DNA from: Coleofasciculus sp. B1-GNL1-01
GTDB taxonomy: Bacteria; Cyanobacteriota; Cyanobacteriia; Cyanobacteriales; Coleofasciculaceae
DNA: 64,000 bases
Direction: 5' to 3' (one strand)
Assembly: GCA_040220235.1 (NCBI GenBank)
Contig: JAVJTO010000004.1
The position numbers and the translations under genes were made by a program. Shown here piece by piece: positions 29,953 through 40,046 of the stretch. Every line of letters begins with the position of its first letter. The first letter of the stretch is position 1. The notes beneath the pieces are model-generated. The model had not been told where the DNA came from. It did not search any database and saw nothing but the letters and a program-made list of their open reading frames with translations.

Positions 29953-30769
29953 GCAAGAACTGATAATTGAGGCTGGTCGCACCGAACAACAATATTGGAA
30001 AGACTTGTGGCGTTACCGGGAATTGTTCTACTTTCTGGCATGGCGAGATATACTGGTACGATACAAGCAAACCATCATTGGCATAGCTTGGGCATTAATC
30101 CGACCCTTTTTAACAATGGTGGTATTTACCATAGTTTTTGGTAAACTAGCAAAATTACCCTCTGAAGGCGTTCCCTATCCGATTTTGGTATTTGCGGCTA
30201 TGTTACCTTGGCAGTTCTTTTCCAATGCCCTTTCCGGGTGCAGCAATAGTTTGATTAGCAATGCCAATTTAATCGCCAAGGTCTACTTTCCCCGCTTGAT
30301 TGTGCCAGCCAGTGCCGTGATTGTCAGCTTTGTAGATTTTATGATATCAGGGATAATTTTGCTAGGCTTAATGGCGTGGTATGATTTCCTACCCAGTTGG
30401 CGAATCTTGACACTACCATTTTTTATTATAATTGCGTTTGCAGCATCAATGGGGGCAGGGTTATGGCTAGCGGCACTGAATGTAAAGTATCGGGATTTCC
30501 GCTATATAGTACCGTTTATCGTCCAGTTTGGTTTGTATATTTCGCCCGTGGGATTTAGTAGCACAATTGTGCCTCAAGAGTGGCGATTAGTCTATTCACT
30601 TAACCCTATGGTCGGGGTAATCGATGGATTTCGTTGGGCAATTTTAGGTGGAGACGCCAGAATTTATTTGCCAGGATTTCTTCTATCATTAGGATTGGTT
30701 TTTGGAGTATTGGCAAGTGGCATTTGGTATTTTCGTAAGGTAGAACGGACGTTTGCGGATGTAATCTAG
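29948..30769 (+). CDS. ABC-2 polysaccharide exporter permease (Wzm-like)
   Basis: LWRYRELFYFLAWRDI.VRYKQT.IG.AW; KVYFPRL; YRDFRY; LNPM. Confidence 0.92.
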   Translation: MTQELIIEAGRTEQQYWKDLWRYRELFYFLAWRDILVRYKQTIIGIAWALIRPFLTMVVFTIVFGKLAKLPSEGVPYPILVFAAMLPWQFFSNALSGCSNSLISNANLIAKVYFPRLIVPASAVIVSFVDFMISGIILLGLMAWYDFLPSWRILTLPFFIIIAFAASMGAGLWLAALNVKYRDFRYIVPFIVQFGLYISPVGFSSTIVPQEWRLVYSLNPMVGVIDGFRWAILGGDARIYLPGFLLSLGLVFGVLASGIWYFRKVERTFADVI

Positions 30770-30805
30770 GTATTTTCAGTGGATAAGCTAACTAGGTAAT
30801 AGGTA

Positions 30806-32080
30806 ATGTCTGACACGGTGATTCAGGTCGAGAATCTCGGTAAGAAATATATCATTGGTCATCAGCAGCAGAAGCGTAACAAAATGTTACGGGAGGCGAT
30901 TGCCAATGGAGCTAAGTCTCTTGGACAAAGATTGCTGAGTTCTTGGGGGAAATCGCTAGCTAACCCAGCTTATGAAGAGTTTTGGGCGCTCAAGGATGTT
31001 TCGTTTGAAGTCAAGCAGGGTGATAGGATTGGGATTATTGGTCGCAATGGGGCAGGTAAATCGACGCTATTAAAGATTTTAAGCCGAATTACTGAACCAA
31101 CAAGGGGTAGAATTAGGATTAAGGGTCGGGTTGCCAGTTTGCTAGAAGTAGGAACAGGGTTTCATCCTGAGTTAACAGGGAGGGAAAATATTTTTCTCAA
31201 CGGTGCAATTCTGGGAATGAGCAAGGTTGAGATTAAGCGGAAGTTTGATGAGATTGTGGCATTTGCAGAAGTGGAAAAGTTTTTAGACACACCAGTAAAG
31301 CGGTATTCTTCGGGTATGTATGTACGGCTGGCGTTTGCTGTGGCAGCTCATTTAGAACCAGAAATTCTAGTTGTCGATGAAGTACTAGCTGTAGGAGATT
31401 CACAGTTTCAAAAAAAGTGTTTAGGCAAGATGGAAGATGTAGCACAGCACGAAGGACGGACAATTCTGTTCGTGAGTCATAATATGAATGCCATTGAAAC
31501 TTTCTGCACAAGCGCTATGCATCTGAAGTCGGGTCAACTTTTTGGTACAGGCGCTGTATCAGACCAAATTGAACTGTATCTCAATTCCTTTCAGGATCAG
31601 AGTAAAATTACTTCAAATAATCCAATTCAGCTTGGGGAGAATCTAGAACTTCAGAGATTAGCAATTTCACCCAACCCTGTTGTGAGTGGAGAGCCTGTAG
31701 AATTTGTCCTTGAGTTTTGGTCATCTAAAGCAACTCAACTTGACGAAGCGGCACTATTAATTCATTCCGTAACGGGTATACGTGTTGCTCTCCTTAATCT
31801 TAAAACCAATGATCTTACTCATAAACTAGACGGTGCTAAAACTTATACAATCTTTGTAAGTACAAAATCTATTCCTTTGGTAGCAGGTGATTACAGTATA
31901 GGGCTTTTCCTAAGTTGTGGAAGTTTGATGAATAATTTTTTAGATTTATCAATTTTAACTGTTGTAGATAAAGGGGAATTTGGACACTCTTTTCTATATC
32001 CTAATCGTCTTCGAGGATTAATAGAACTAGATTTGAATGTTCATAGTTGTATAGGTAAAGATTTTATGGGAGGAAATTGA
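30806..32080 (+). CDS. ABC polysaccharide exporter ATPase (Wzt-like) with C-terminal domain
   Basis: GRNGAGKST, YSSGMYVRLAF, ILVVDEVLAVGD, VSH. Confidence 0.93.
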   Translation: MSDTVIQVENLGKKYIIGHQQQKRNKMLREAIANGAKSLGQRLLSSWGKSLANPAYEEFWALKDVSFEVKQGDRIGIIGRNGAGKSTLLKILSRITEPTRGRIRIKGRVASLLEVGTGFHPELTGRENIFLNGAILGMSKVEIKRKFDEIVAFAEVEKFLDTPVKRYSSGMYVRLAFAVAAHLEPEILVVDEVLAVGDSQFQKKCLGKMEDVAQHEGRTILFVSHNMNAIETFCTSAMHLKSGQLFGTGAVSDQIELYLNSFQDQSKITSNNPIQLGENLELQRLAISPNPVVSGEPVEFVLEFWSSKATQLDEAALLIHSVTGIRVALLNLKTNDLTHKLDGAKTYTIFVSTKSIPLVAGDYSIGLFLSCGSLMNNFLDLSILTVVDKGEFGHSFLYPNRLRGLIELDLNVHSCIGKDFMGGN

Positions 32081-32138
32081 ATCGTAAAATTAGATAGTTG
32101 TTATAAGATTTTAAAAATATCAATGAGCTAAATTAATT

Positions 32139-32330
32139 ATGCCTGGAATTAGTACAATTTTATTTGTAGATAAAAATTTAGATAAATCCGAAATAAGAGG
32201 TAAAAGAATTATTGATGTTGGTTCATACGACTTCAATGGTAGTATTCGCCCACTAATTGAATCATGGAAACCTGCTGAGTACATCGGTGTTGATAATAAA
32301 ATAGAAAGATTTACAAATAATGACTTTTAA
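32139..32330 (+). pseudogene. Truncated class I SAM methyltransferase fragment
   Basis: Motif I IIDVGSYDFNGS and YIGVD, then an abrupt end at 63 aa into AT-rich sequence. Confidence 0.6.
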
Positions 32331-32423
32331 AATGTTCATTTTGCAAAAATAGTTTTAAAATAAGAATTTAAAAAAATAGGCAATATTATAAAAGCGCCAA
32401 TTAGTTTTTTATAAAATATTAAC

Positions 32424-33302
32424 TTGAAGGAACTAGTCAACATGACTCTATACGGAGTGAGTACAAACATGATTTTCCTTTATTTAGGGCATCACAAATG
32501 TGCTTCAACTACACTACAAAATATTTTCCAGGAAACTATGATTTCTTTGGGAAAAAAACATGGTTGTATTACCTATCCACATCCAGAAATAGCACCTTTA
32601 GTCAAACGTCGCCAGTTTGAATGCTTGTCCATACGACAAGCCGACTACGCCAAGCTAAAAAACATGGAAAATTTCCGAGCATTTCATCTAATACGTGACC
32701 CTCGCGACATTATTGTTTCGGCTTATTTTTCACATCGTTATTCTCACGAAACGACTAACTGGCAAGAGTTACAGGAACATCGACAACAGCTTAATTCCGT
32801 TTCCCAAGAAGAGGGTTTATTGTTAGAAATGGAATTTGGAGTGACTAGATGTACTCTAGAAGCTTTACAAAATTGGCAATATTCTAATGCTCATATATTG
32901 GAATTAAAATTTGAGCAGTTTATTATTGATCCTGTGCAAACCTTTATTAATATATTTTCTTTCTTTGAAGTCTTAGATAAAAAATCAGCTAAAACAAAAA
33001 GGAACTTCAATTGGTTAAATTATTACAATAAAGTTATTTATTCCTATCGCTTACTGAGACCGTTAAAGATACCCTTAGCCAAAATAAAGCCCCAATATCT
33101 TAAGCAGATAGTTAAAAAATATTCCTTTGAAAATATGACTGGAGGGCGTCAACGAGGTCAAGAGGATATAAAAAATCATTACCGAAAAGGAGTACCAAAC
33201 GACTGGACAAACTATTTCACCGACTTACATAAACATTATTTTAAAGAAAACTATCCAAATTTGTTGCTTAAAACTGGCTACGAAAGAGATGGTAACTGGT
33301 AA
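32424..33302 (+). CDS. Sulfotransferase domain protein
   Basis: 5'-PSB-like HHKCAST, 3'-PB IRDPRDIIVSAY, RKG...DW.NYF. Confidence 0.85.
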   Translation: MKELVNMTLYGVSTNMIFLYLGHHKCASTTLQNIFQETMISLGKKHGCITYPHPEIAPLVKRRQFECLSIRQADYAKLKNMENFRAFHLIRDPRDIIVSAYFSHRYSHETTNWQELQEHRQQLNSVSQEEGLLLEMEFGVTRCTLEALQNWQYSNAHILELKFEQFIIDPVQTFINIFSFFEVLDKKSAKTKRNFNWLNYYNKVIYSYRLLRPLKIPLAKIKPQYLKQIVKKYSFENMTGGRQRGQEDIKNHYRKGVPNDWTNYFTDLHKHYFKENYPNLLLKTGYERDGNW

Positions 33303-33327
33303 TCGCTAGAAGTTACTTGAAAAAAAG

Positions 33328-34245
33328 ATGGTTTTTAACAAGTTCACCCCACCACAAAAAAAAAGATACATGAAGATTGAAAAGATTATCTCGATGGCAA
33401 ATAAGGAAGTGCGATTGCGATTTACGGCAATGGAGCGATCCTTACGCGCTACGGGCTGTCAACTCCCGCTGTGGGTAATTCCCTATGACGACAATCTTTT
33501 TGAGTTACCTAAAGGCTCTAGCTGGTGGGAAATTCCAGAAATTATCAATTGGCTGAACGTTCAGCAATCTTTGCCAGTCATGCGAAAGTATCAATGCCTG
33601 ACAACCGGAAATTACCAATTTGTTGATGCAGATGTATGCTTTTTGAGGAATCCTGAAAAAGTATTGGAACCTCATTTTGGTTTTATTACCTCATGCGGAC
33701 ACTGGCATAATTCAAGCCACACCTATAGCGAACAATCAAAGCGCATAATGTCGCAAAAGACTACTACCTGGCAGAAAAGCGTCTTTAATACGGGGCAGTT
33801 TGCCTGTGATTTCCCTCTTTTTGAGATTGAGAAACTGAAGTCAGTAGCAATGCAACCAGATTTTATAGATACGTGCATTCAGTTTCGATTTCATGAACAA
33901 CCAGGACTTAACCTGCTAGTATTTGAATCTGGAGTTGAGGTTACAAATCTTACTCTTCCTCCTTTGTGTATGGAATCAACTTGGGCTGGTGACTACCCCG
34001 GCGAATATGCTCACTACTGGATAGAACTACAACGCAAACCCTATTTAATTCACTGGGCAGGGATTAGAATGGATGTACCTCGACCTATCAATCAAATTTT
34101 CTATGATTTTCTTACTCAAGCTGAAAAAACTGAGTGGGATGAACAGGTTAAGCAGTGGAGTCAATTACATGATAAAAAGAATAGGTATATAGAAGGGATT
34201 GCTCATCGCTTTAAGCGTGCATTGAAGACGCTAATTTATTCATAA
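33328..34245 (+). CDS. Putative nucleotide-diphospho-sugar transferase (GT-A fold)
   Basis: DxD (FVDADV), FNTGQF, EQPGLN, LIHWAG. Confidence 0.55.
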   Translation: MVFNKFTPPQKKRYMKIEKIISMANKEVRLRFTAMERSLRATGCQLPLWVIPYDDNLFELPKGSSWWEIPEIINWLNVQQSLPVMRKYQCLTTGNYQFVDADVCFLRNPEKVLEPHFGFITSCGHWHNSSHTYSEQSKRIMSQKTTTWQKSVFNTGQFACDFPLFEIEKLKSVAMQPDFIDTCIQFRFHEQPGLNLLVFESGVEVTNLTLPPLCMESTWAGDYPGEYAHYWIELQRKPYLIHWAGIRMDVPRPINQIFYDFLTQAEKTEWDEQVKQWSQLHDKKNRYIEGIAHRFKRALKTLIYS

Positions 34246-34272
34246 AGCCGTTGTTTACCCAAACTAATATTT

Positions 34273-35007
34273 TTGACAGAGGTAATCTTATTCGATAGGA
34301 TGTTAAATTCAATTTTTAGATCTGTTGATTGGTTAATTCCTTTGTATCGATTTTATCGAACAAGTCGTAAGGCTAAATGGTTATTTGTTCGTCCTCAACA
34401 AATCAAGTCATATCTTAATAGCTTTGAGGTGCGAAAACTGCAATTGGGTGGGGGTTCCCATCCTCTAGCTGGCTGGTTAAACACTGATTTATATCCCTTT
34501 CAAGCGCCGGGGGTCGTTTTCCTTGATGCAACCAAACCATTTCCTTTTAAAGATGAAACTTTTGACTATATATTTAGTGAACACATGATAGAGCATATAA
34601 CTTATCGGGATGGCTTGTTTATGCTTCGCGAGTGTTACCGAATCTTAAAACCTGGTGGCAAAATTCGGATTGCTACGCCTGACCTGAGTATCCTAGCTAA
34701 TCTATACAGAGCAGAAAAAACTGAAAATCAGAAAAGATACATCAAATCAGTGATTGATACTTGGCTTCCAGACATGGAAATTTACAATGAGTGCTTTGTT
34801 GTAAACAATATGTTTCACAACTTTGGACATCAATTTATTTACGACCAACCCACCCTCCAATGCGCTATGGAGAAATTAGGTTTTATTGAGGTGACTCGCT
34901 GTCCAATTGGAGAAAGTGATGACGAGGTTTTTCAAGGAATTGAGTTTCATCTCAATGATGAAGCTATACGGTTTGAGACAATGGTGTTAGAAGCTAAATG
35001 CTTTTGA
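34273..35007 (+). CDS. SAM-dependent methyltransferase
   Basis: LQLGGG..GWLNTD, DATKPFPF, FSEHMIEH, RILKPGG. Confidence 0.85.
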   Translation: MTEVILFDRMLNSIFRSVDWLIPLYRFYRTSRKAKWLFVRPQQIKSYLNSFEVRKLQLGGGSHPLAGWLNTDLYPFQAPGVVFLDATKPFPFKDETFDYIFSEHMIEHITYRDGLFMLRECYRILKPGGKIRIATPDLSILANLYRAEKTENQKRYIKSVIDTWLPDMEIYNECFVVNNMFHNFGHQFIYDQPTLQCAMEKLGFIEVTRCPIGESDDEVFQGIEFHLNDEAIRFETMVLEAKCF

Positions 35008-35209
35008 TGTGATTCATTGAGAAGTGCTATATATACAGCTCTATTTTGTGAGAAAAACTACTCGACTAGGCTGGCAGAGATAACTTACCAGAAAAAATAA
35101 TACCCTGACTCCCTCGGTTTTCGGAACTGCTGGAAAACATTTGCACAGAAGGCCTAGTCTCTGAAGTCCTATAATACACAACCCAGTCAAGTTCTACATC
35201 TGGCTATCT

Positions 35210-36616
35210 CTAGAAGACTATATCTACCAGAGGGTTAAAAGTTCCGCTGGCAATATCGACCGAGGCGATTATGTCCGATGGTCTAAAACTAAAAACTATA
35301 TTAATAACATTTCCTCCCGCATTAATAAAATCATAGTCATTCAACCCTGCTCCTCGATCTGCGAGCTGAATCTGATCTACACCAGCTTCAAAATCTGTTA
35401 TGTCTGCCTGACCGTCCCTTGAATAGTATACTCCAGAACCAGTTTCTCCGATGATGAATAAATCTTCTCCAGTGCCTCCTGTAAAAGTATCAATATCACC
35501 AGTTTTTCTTGCACCCTCTTCATAACCGATTAAGGTATCATTTCCGTCACCACCGACCAATATGTCATCGCCAAAACTGCCAAAAAGTTCGTCATCACCC
35601 TCACCCCCTGCCAGATTATCATTACCACTACCGCCAATGAGAGTATCCAGACCATTATTACCTTCAATCATGTCATTTCCACTTCCTCCCTCCAGAATAT
35701 CATCGCCCTCTCCACCAAGCAGAATATCATCGCCATTCCCACCATTGAGGCTGTCATTCTCAGTACCCCCATCTAGAGCATCATTGCCACCCTCGCCGAT
35801 TAAAGTGTCCTGACCAGCACCGCCACTTAGAATATCATTGCCTTGAATGCCAAAACCAGTGTCGTTGTCCCCAACTAGACGATCATCACCGTCCCCACCT
35901 TCAAGACGGTCATTATTATTACCTCCAATCAAGATGTCGTTACCAGTATTACCAATGAGAATATCATCACCGACTAATCCTTGCAGGGTACTGTCAATCC
36001 CAGCATTTGCCGTAATTTCGTTGTTTTTATTGTTGCCGATACCCTCATTTGCGTCGTACCAGAGAATCAGATTCTCGATCGAGTTAGGTAGAGTATAGCT
36101 AGTCGTGTTACTACCAAGAAAGTCATCTCCTCCAATGCGAACCGTATCTATTCCACCACTATCAAATACAGTGTTAGTAGGGGTGAGATCGATATAGAGG
36201 TCATCGCCTTCGCCTCCATTCACGAGCGTAGTCTTACTCCCAGGACGAATCTGATCATTGCCAGCACCGCCTTCCGCGTATACTAGACCACCGAAGATCC
36301 TGTTATCGAGTGCATTGCCTCTTAGGGCATTGATTCTGTTTCCGCCCCTTACATTTTCCAGGTTGTCTCCCAGAGTATAACCATTACCTAATTTATCTGA
36401 ATCACTTATAATAACAAAATCATTACCTTGATTAGACTCTTCAGTGATCACATCACCAAAATCATCGACGAAGTAAGTGTCATCACCATCGCCCCCAATC
36501 ATGGTATCGGCTCCGGCTAGAGCAATTAGTATATCATCAGAATCACCGGAGTCAGCAACTATTAAGTCGTCTCCTGGGGTACCAAATATTGTACCTGAGC
36601 CTGTTATTTCTGCCAT
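35210..36616 (-). CDS. RTX/hemolysin-type calcium-binding repeat protein
   Basis: Numerous GGxGxDxL nonapeptides; C-terminal DxITDF..G.D.I.L motif. Confidence 0.9.
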   Translation of the reverse strand: MAEITGSGTIFGTPGDDLIVADSGDSDDILIALAGADTMIGGDGDDTYFVDDFGDVITEESNQGNDFVIISDSDKLGNGYTLGDNLENVRGGNRINALRGNALDNRIFGGLVYAEGGAGNDQIRPGSKTTLVNGGEGDDLYIDLTPTNTVFDSGGIDTVRIGGDDFLGSNTTSYTLPNSIENLILWYDANEGIGNNKNNEITANAGIDSTLQGLVGDDILIGNTGNDILIGGNNNDRLEGGDGDDRLVGDNDTGFGIQGNDILSGGAGQDTLIGEGGNDALDGGTENDSLNGGNGDDILLGGEGDDILEGGSGNDMIEGNNGLDTLIGGSGNDNLAGGEGDDELFGSFGDDILVGGDGNDTLIGYEEGARKTGDIDTFTGGTGEDLFIIGETGSGVYYSRDGQADITDFEAGVDQIQLADRGAGLNDYDFINAGGNVINIVFSFRPSDIIASVDIASGTFNPLVDIVF

Positions 36617-36804
36617 TGTTCTGTCCTGAACGTATATGTTTTATGACTGTACATACATTTACTACATAGAGTAAACTTAAACTTAGTTGATAAGACTTGG
36701 CTTATAGTTTATTATAACTTATTATCAGCCAATTCTCACAATTAATATATAATTTATTACATTTGTGTGTATTTGCACTCATCAATCCCTAATTCCCTAT
36801 TACC

Positions 36805-37653
36805 ATGCCCTCAAGTCCCTTTTTTTCAGTCGTAATACCAACATATCACCGCAATGACCTACTGGTAAAGTGCCTCGACTGCCTAGCGCCTGGAAGGCAG
36901 ACTATACCTGCCGATCAATACGAAGTAATTATCACGGATGATGGTTGCCAAGCGACTGCCGAGACAATAGTACTAGAATACTATCCCTGGGCTAAATGGG
37001 TGGCAGGATCAAGGTTAGGACCTGCAAGTAACCGAAACAATGGGGCTAAGTATGCTCAGGGAGAATGGCTAGTTTTCACAGATGATGACTGTTTGCCCGA
37101 TCCCCAATGGCTAGAAGCTTATCGGGAGGCGGTAGCCGCTGAGACTGCTTGCTTAATTTTTGAAGGACGAGTATACGTGGATCGTCCCAGACGTAGCTTT
37201 AGCGAAACCGCACCAATCAATGAATTAGGAGGGTATCTTTGGTCTTGCAACTTTGCCATTCACAGGCAGTTATTTGAATTTTTAGGCGGTTTCGATGATC
37301 GATTTCCCTACGCGGCGATGGAGGACGTAGATTTGAAGTTAAGAATCACAAAGAGTCAACAAAAATTTATTTTTGTTAAAAGAGCGGCTGTCTGTCACCC
37401 TTGGCGATATAAAGGGGGATGGAAACAGCTAAAAAAGCGTCAAGAATCAGTTCTGCTCTACTTATCAATTCACCCGGAACAACTAACACACCTCAATTAT
37501 CGCTTTTTTATTAGAAGCTTTTTTCGGACTATTATAGTAGGATTAAATGCCATCCAAAAACTAAATTTAATTGAAATAAAAGAACTTCTAAATGAAGCGA
37601 TTTATTTCTTGCGAATGTCTATTTTGGTAACAACTAATTGTCATAAGTTGTAA
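36805..37653 (+). CDS. GT2 glycosyltransferase
   Basis: SVVIPTY, ITDDG, GPASNRN.GA, FTDDDC, GGFD..F...MEDVD. Confidence 0.9.
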   Translation: MPSSPFFSVVIPTYHRNDLLVKCLDCLAPGRQTIPADQYEVIITDDGCQATAETIVLEYYPWAKWVAGSRLGPASNRNNGAKYAQGEWLVFTDDDCLPDPQWLEAYREAVAAETACLIFEGRVYVDRPRRSFSETAPINELGGYLWSCNFAIHRQLFEFLGGFDDRFPYAAMEDVDLKLRITKSQQKFIFVKRAAVCHPWRYKGGWKQLKKRQESVLLYLSIHPEQLTHLNYRFFIRSFFRTIIVGLNAIQKLNLIEIKELLNEAIYFLRMSILVTTNCHKL

Positions 37654-37703
37654 TTACAATAAGTAGTCAAACACAAGTTTCGGATCTCAAACTGTACAAG
37701 AAT

Positions 37704-38618
37704 ATGAAATATTCAAAAAAACTGAAAGGAAATTGCCCATTGAAGGTAGAATATGGCATAGTATTGGGCTGCCCTCGTTCGGGAACTACATTTCTGATGA
37801 AAGCACTTAAAGGCTTGCCAAATTCTGAGTGTATTTCCGGCTCTCATTTACCTGTATCTATTCCTCACATTGTTAGTTTTTCTTTGACTGAACCGCTGAA
37901 AAAAGCTTTGGCATTTGGATTTGAACATTCATTGCTCAACTACTTAGATGAGGCGACTAACAGTCAATGGCTAGCCTTGCAGAAATGGCTAAAAGGAAGT
38001 GCCAGCATCACCGAGTTGATTCAAACGATACAGCGCAAGCGAAAGGTAGAACGTATAGTTTATAAAGAGCCTTTTTTGGGATTTTCTCCAGAATTTATCT
38101 ATAAAGCTCTCCCCAATTGCCGAATCATTCACATCTACCGGGATGGTCGGGATTGTGCTAACTCGCTTGTCCGCAGTTACAACGTACTGACTGATGAAAA
38201 ATTACAAGACTTACGCACAGCAGAAATGCCTTTGGGTCGTCAATATGATTATCGTTACGTACCTTGGTGGGTTGAGGAAGAAAGAGAAGAGGAATTTATT
38301 GCTTGCACTCCCTATGTACGAGCAATCTGGATGTGGAAAGAGATAGTGAGCCGTTGTCATGATTTTTTTTCCCGTCCGGAGATCATTGCTAGTAACCGAA
38401 TTTTGTTACTAAAGTATGAGGATTTTGTTAATGAGCCGCTTAAATACGGAGAAATTGTGGTAGAATTCCTGGGTTGTAAAATGAATAATAGATTGCGAAA
38501 AAAATTTAAACAAGCTAGTAACCGTTCAATTGGAAGTTACCAAGGACGTGATCCAAGAGAAATTGAAGTAGCTGAGAGAGTAGCCCAGGTGGAACTTGAA
38601 ATTTATGAATATCTTTAA
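37704..38618 (+). CDS. Sulfotransferase family protein
   Basis: GCPRSGTT, IIHIYRDGRD...S, KYEDFV..P. Confidence 0.85.
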   Translation: MKYSKKLKGNCPLKVEYGIVLGCPRSGTTFLMKALKGLPNSECISGSHLPVSIPHIVSFSLTEPLKKALAFGFEHSLLNYLDEATNSQWLALQKWLKGSASITELIQTIQRKRKVERIVYKEPFLGFSPEFIYKALPNCRIIHIYRDGRDCANSLVRSYNVLTDEKLQDLRTAEMPLGRQYDYRYVPWWVEEEREEEFIACTPYVRAIWMWKEIVSRCHDFFSRPEIIASNRILLLKYEDFVNEPLKYGEIVVEFLGCKMNNRLRKKFKQASNRSIGSYQGRDPREIEVAERVAQVELEIYEYL

Positions 38619-38749
38619 TATTAATGAATAAAAGGAATAAATTGATGAACTTCACTAATATACCAAAAATAGCTGGAACTTTTTCTTGTCCTGAAACGTA
38701 GATAAAATCTAATATTAAATTGAGTAATTCAAGTTAAAATTAAAAACTG

Positions 38750-39838
38750 ATGGTAATTATCCAAATTATCCCTTACCTGCCCCCAGCAATTAGTGGTGTA
38801 GGAGATTATGCGCTTAATCTTGCTTACCAACTCCATAAAGATTTTGACATCACAACCCATTTTGTTGTCGGAGATCCTAATTGGCAAGGTTCTACGCACC
38901 TCGAAGGTTTTTCCATCAGCCAGGTGACTAAGCATTCGGATGCTATTTTGTTATCTCTCTTACCGAGTAACCAAGCTACAGTACTATTACATTACGTCGG
39001 TTATGGTTATGCCAGAAGAGGTTGCCCTTTCTGGTTGGTGGAGGGATTGCAGCAGTGGTGTGCTTCTGGTATCAATAAATGCCTTGTGACGATGTTCCAT
39101 GAAGTCTACGCTTCTGGACTCCCCTGGACAAGCGCTTTCTGGTTATCTCCCCTACAAAGAAAATTAGCCGCTTGCCTTACTCAGATAAGTACTCACTGCT
39201 TCACGAGCAAACAAAGTTACGCAGAAATACTCAATACCTTTAGCCGTAGTAAAAATATCTCAGTTACTACATTACCAATTTTTTCAACGATTGGAGAGCC
39301 GACTCAGATACTCCCTTTAGCAGAGCGTAGCAAACGACTAGTGATATTTGGAAGTCGAGGTAAACGGCTCAGGGTTTACAAAGAGTGCCAAGAACAACTA
39401 AGCAAAGCTTGTCAACTGTTAGAGGTGGAGGAAATCTGGGATATTGGACAACCTACAGGTCTGGCTTTATCCCCTGTCAATAACCTGACGATAGTTGAGA
39501 AGGGACAACAGCCAGCCAAGCAAATAAGTTGTATCCTCTTGAATTCCGCAGCAGGTTTATTGGATAATAACCCTAACTTCCTGGCAAAATCAACAATTTT
39601 TGCCGCCTATTGCGCTCACGGGGTATTGCCTATAATTTGCCGAGGTAGTGCCTTGCCAACAGATGGTATTGAATTGGGAAAACATTACTGGGTGGTTGAT
39701 CATCGGGAAAGAGAGCTACCAAATAAAATAGACTTACAACAAATCACCAATAATGCTTATTCCTGGTATCAAACCCATAACTTGTCGTTACAAGCAAATA
39801 TTTATGCCACCCATCTAAAAAATCAAAGTTCACAATAA
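38750..39838 (+). CDS. GT-B (GT4-like) glycosyltransferase
   Basis: PP.ISGVGDY, LHYVGYGY, FHE, KSTIFAAYCAHG. Confidence 0.7.
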   Translation: MVIIQIIPYLPPAISGVGDYALNLAYQLHKDFDITTHFVVGDPNWQGSTHLEGFSISQVTKHSDAILLSLLPSNQATVLLHYVGYGYARRGCPFWLVEGLQQWCASGINKCLVTMFHEVYASGLPWTSAFWLSPLQRKLAACLTQISTHCFTSKQSYAEILNTFSRSKNISVTTLPIFSTIGEPTQILPLAERSKRLVIFGSRGKRLRVYKECQEQLSKACQLLEVEEIWDIGQPTGLALSPVNNLTIVEKGQQPAKQISCILLNSAAGLLDNNPNFLAKSTIFAAYCAHGVLPIICRGSALPTDGIELGKHYWVVDHRERELPNKIDLQQITNNAYSWYQTHNLSLQANIYATHLKNQSSQ

Positions 39839-40046
39839 GGAAATAAAATGAGGCTCTTTCAGACTAACTATGATAAATTACTACAAAAAAATCTCCACAA
39901 TCTTTGCTACGCAAGCATCATGGAGATTTAAAAAAGCAATTTTATTAAATAAAATAGGCTTTTTATTTTGTTAGATCCTTTGCTATTTAAGGGTTTAAGC
40001 TCATTTAAATTGTTAATTTGCCATAACCAGTCTAAGAGAGCCTAAA

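Noticed and set aside
35031..35133. Possible further ~100-bp element with TACAGC...GCTG ends
   Set aside because: Terminal repeats too degenerate and no second copy in the window
35562..36098. Ser/Pro-rich plus-strand ORFs
   Set aside because: Antisense shadows of RTX GGxGxD repeats
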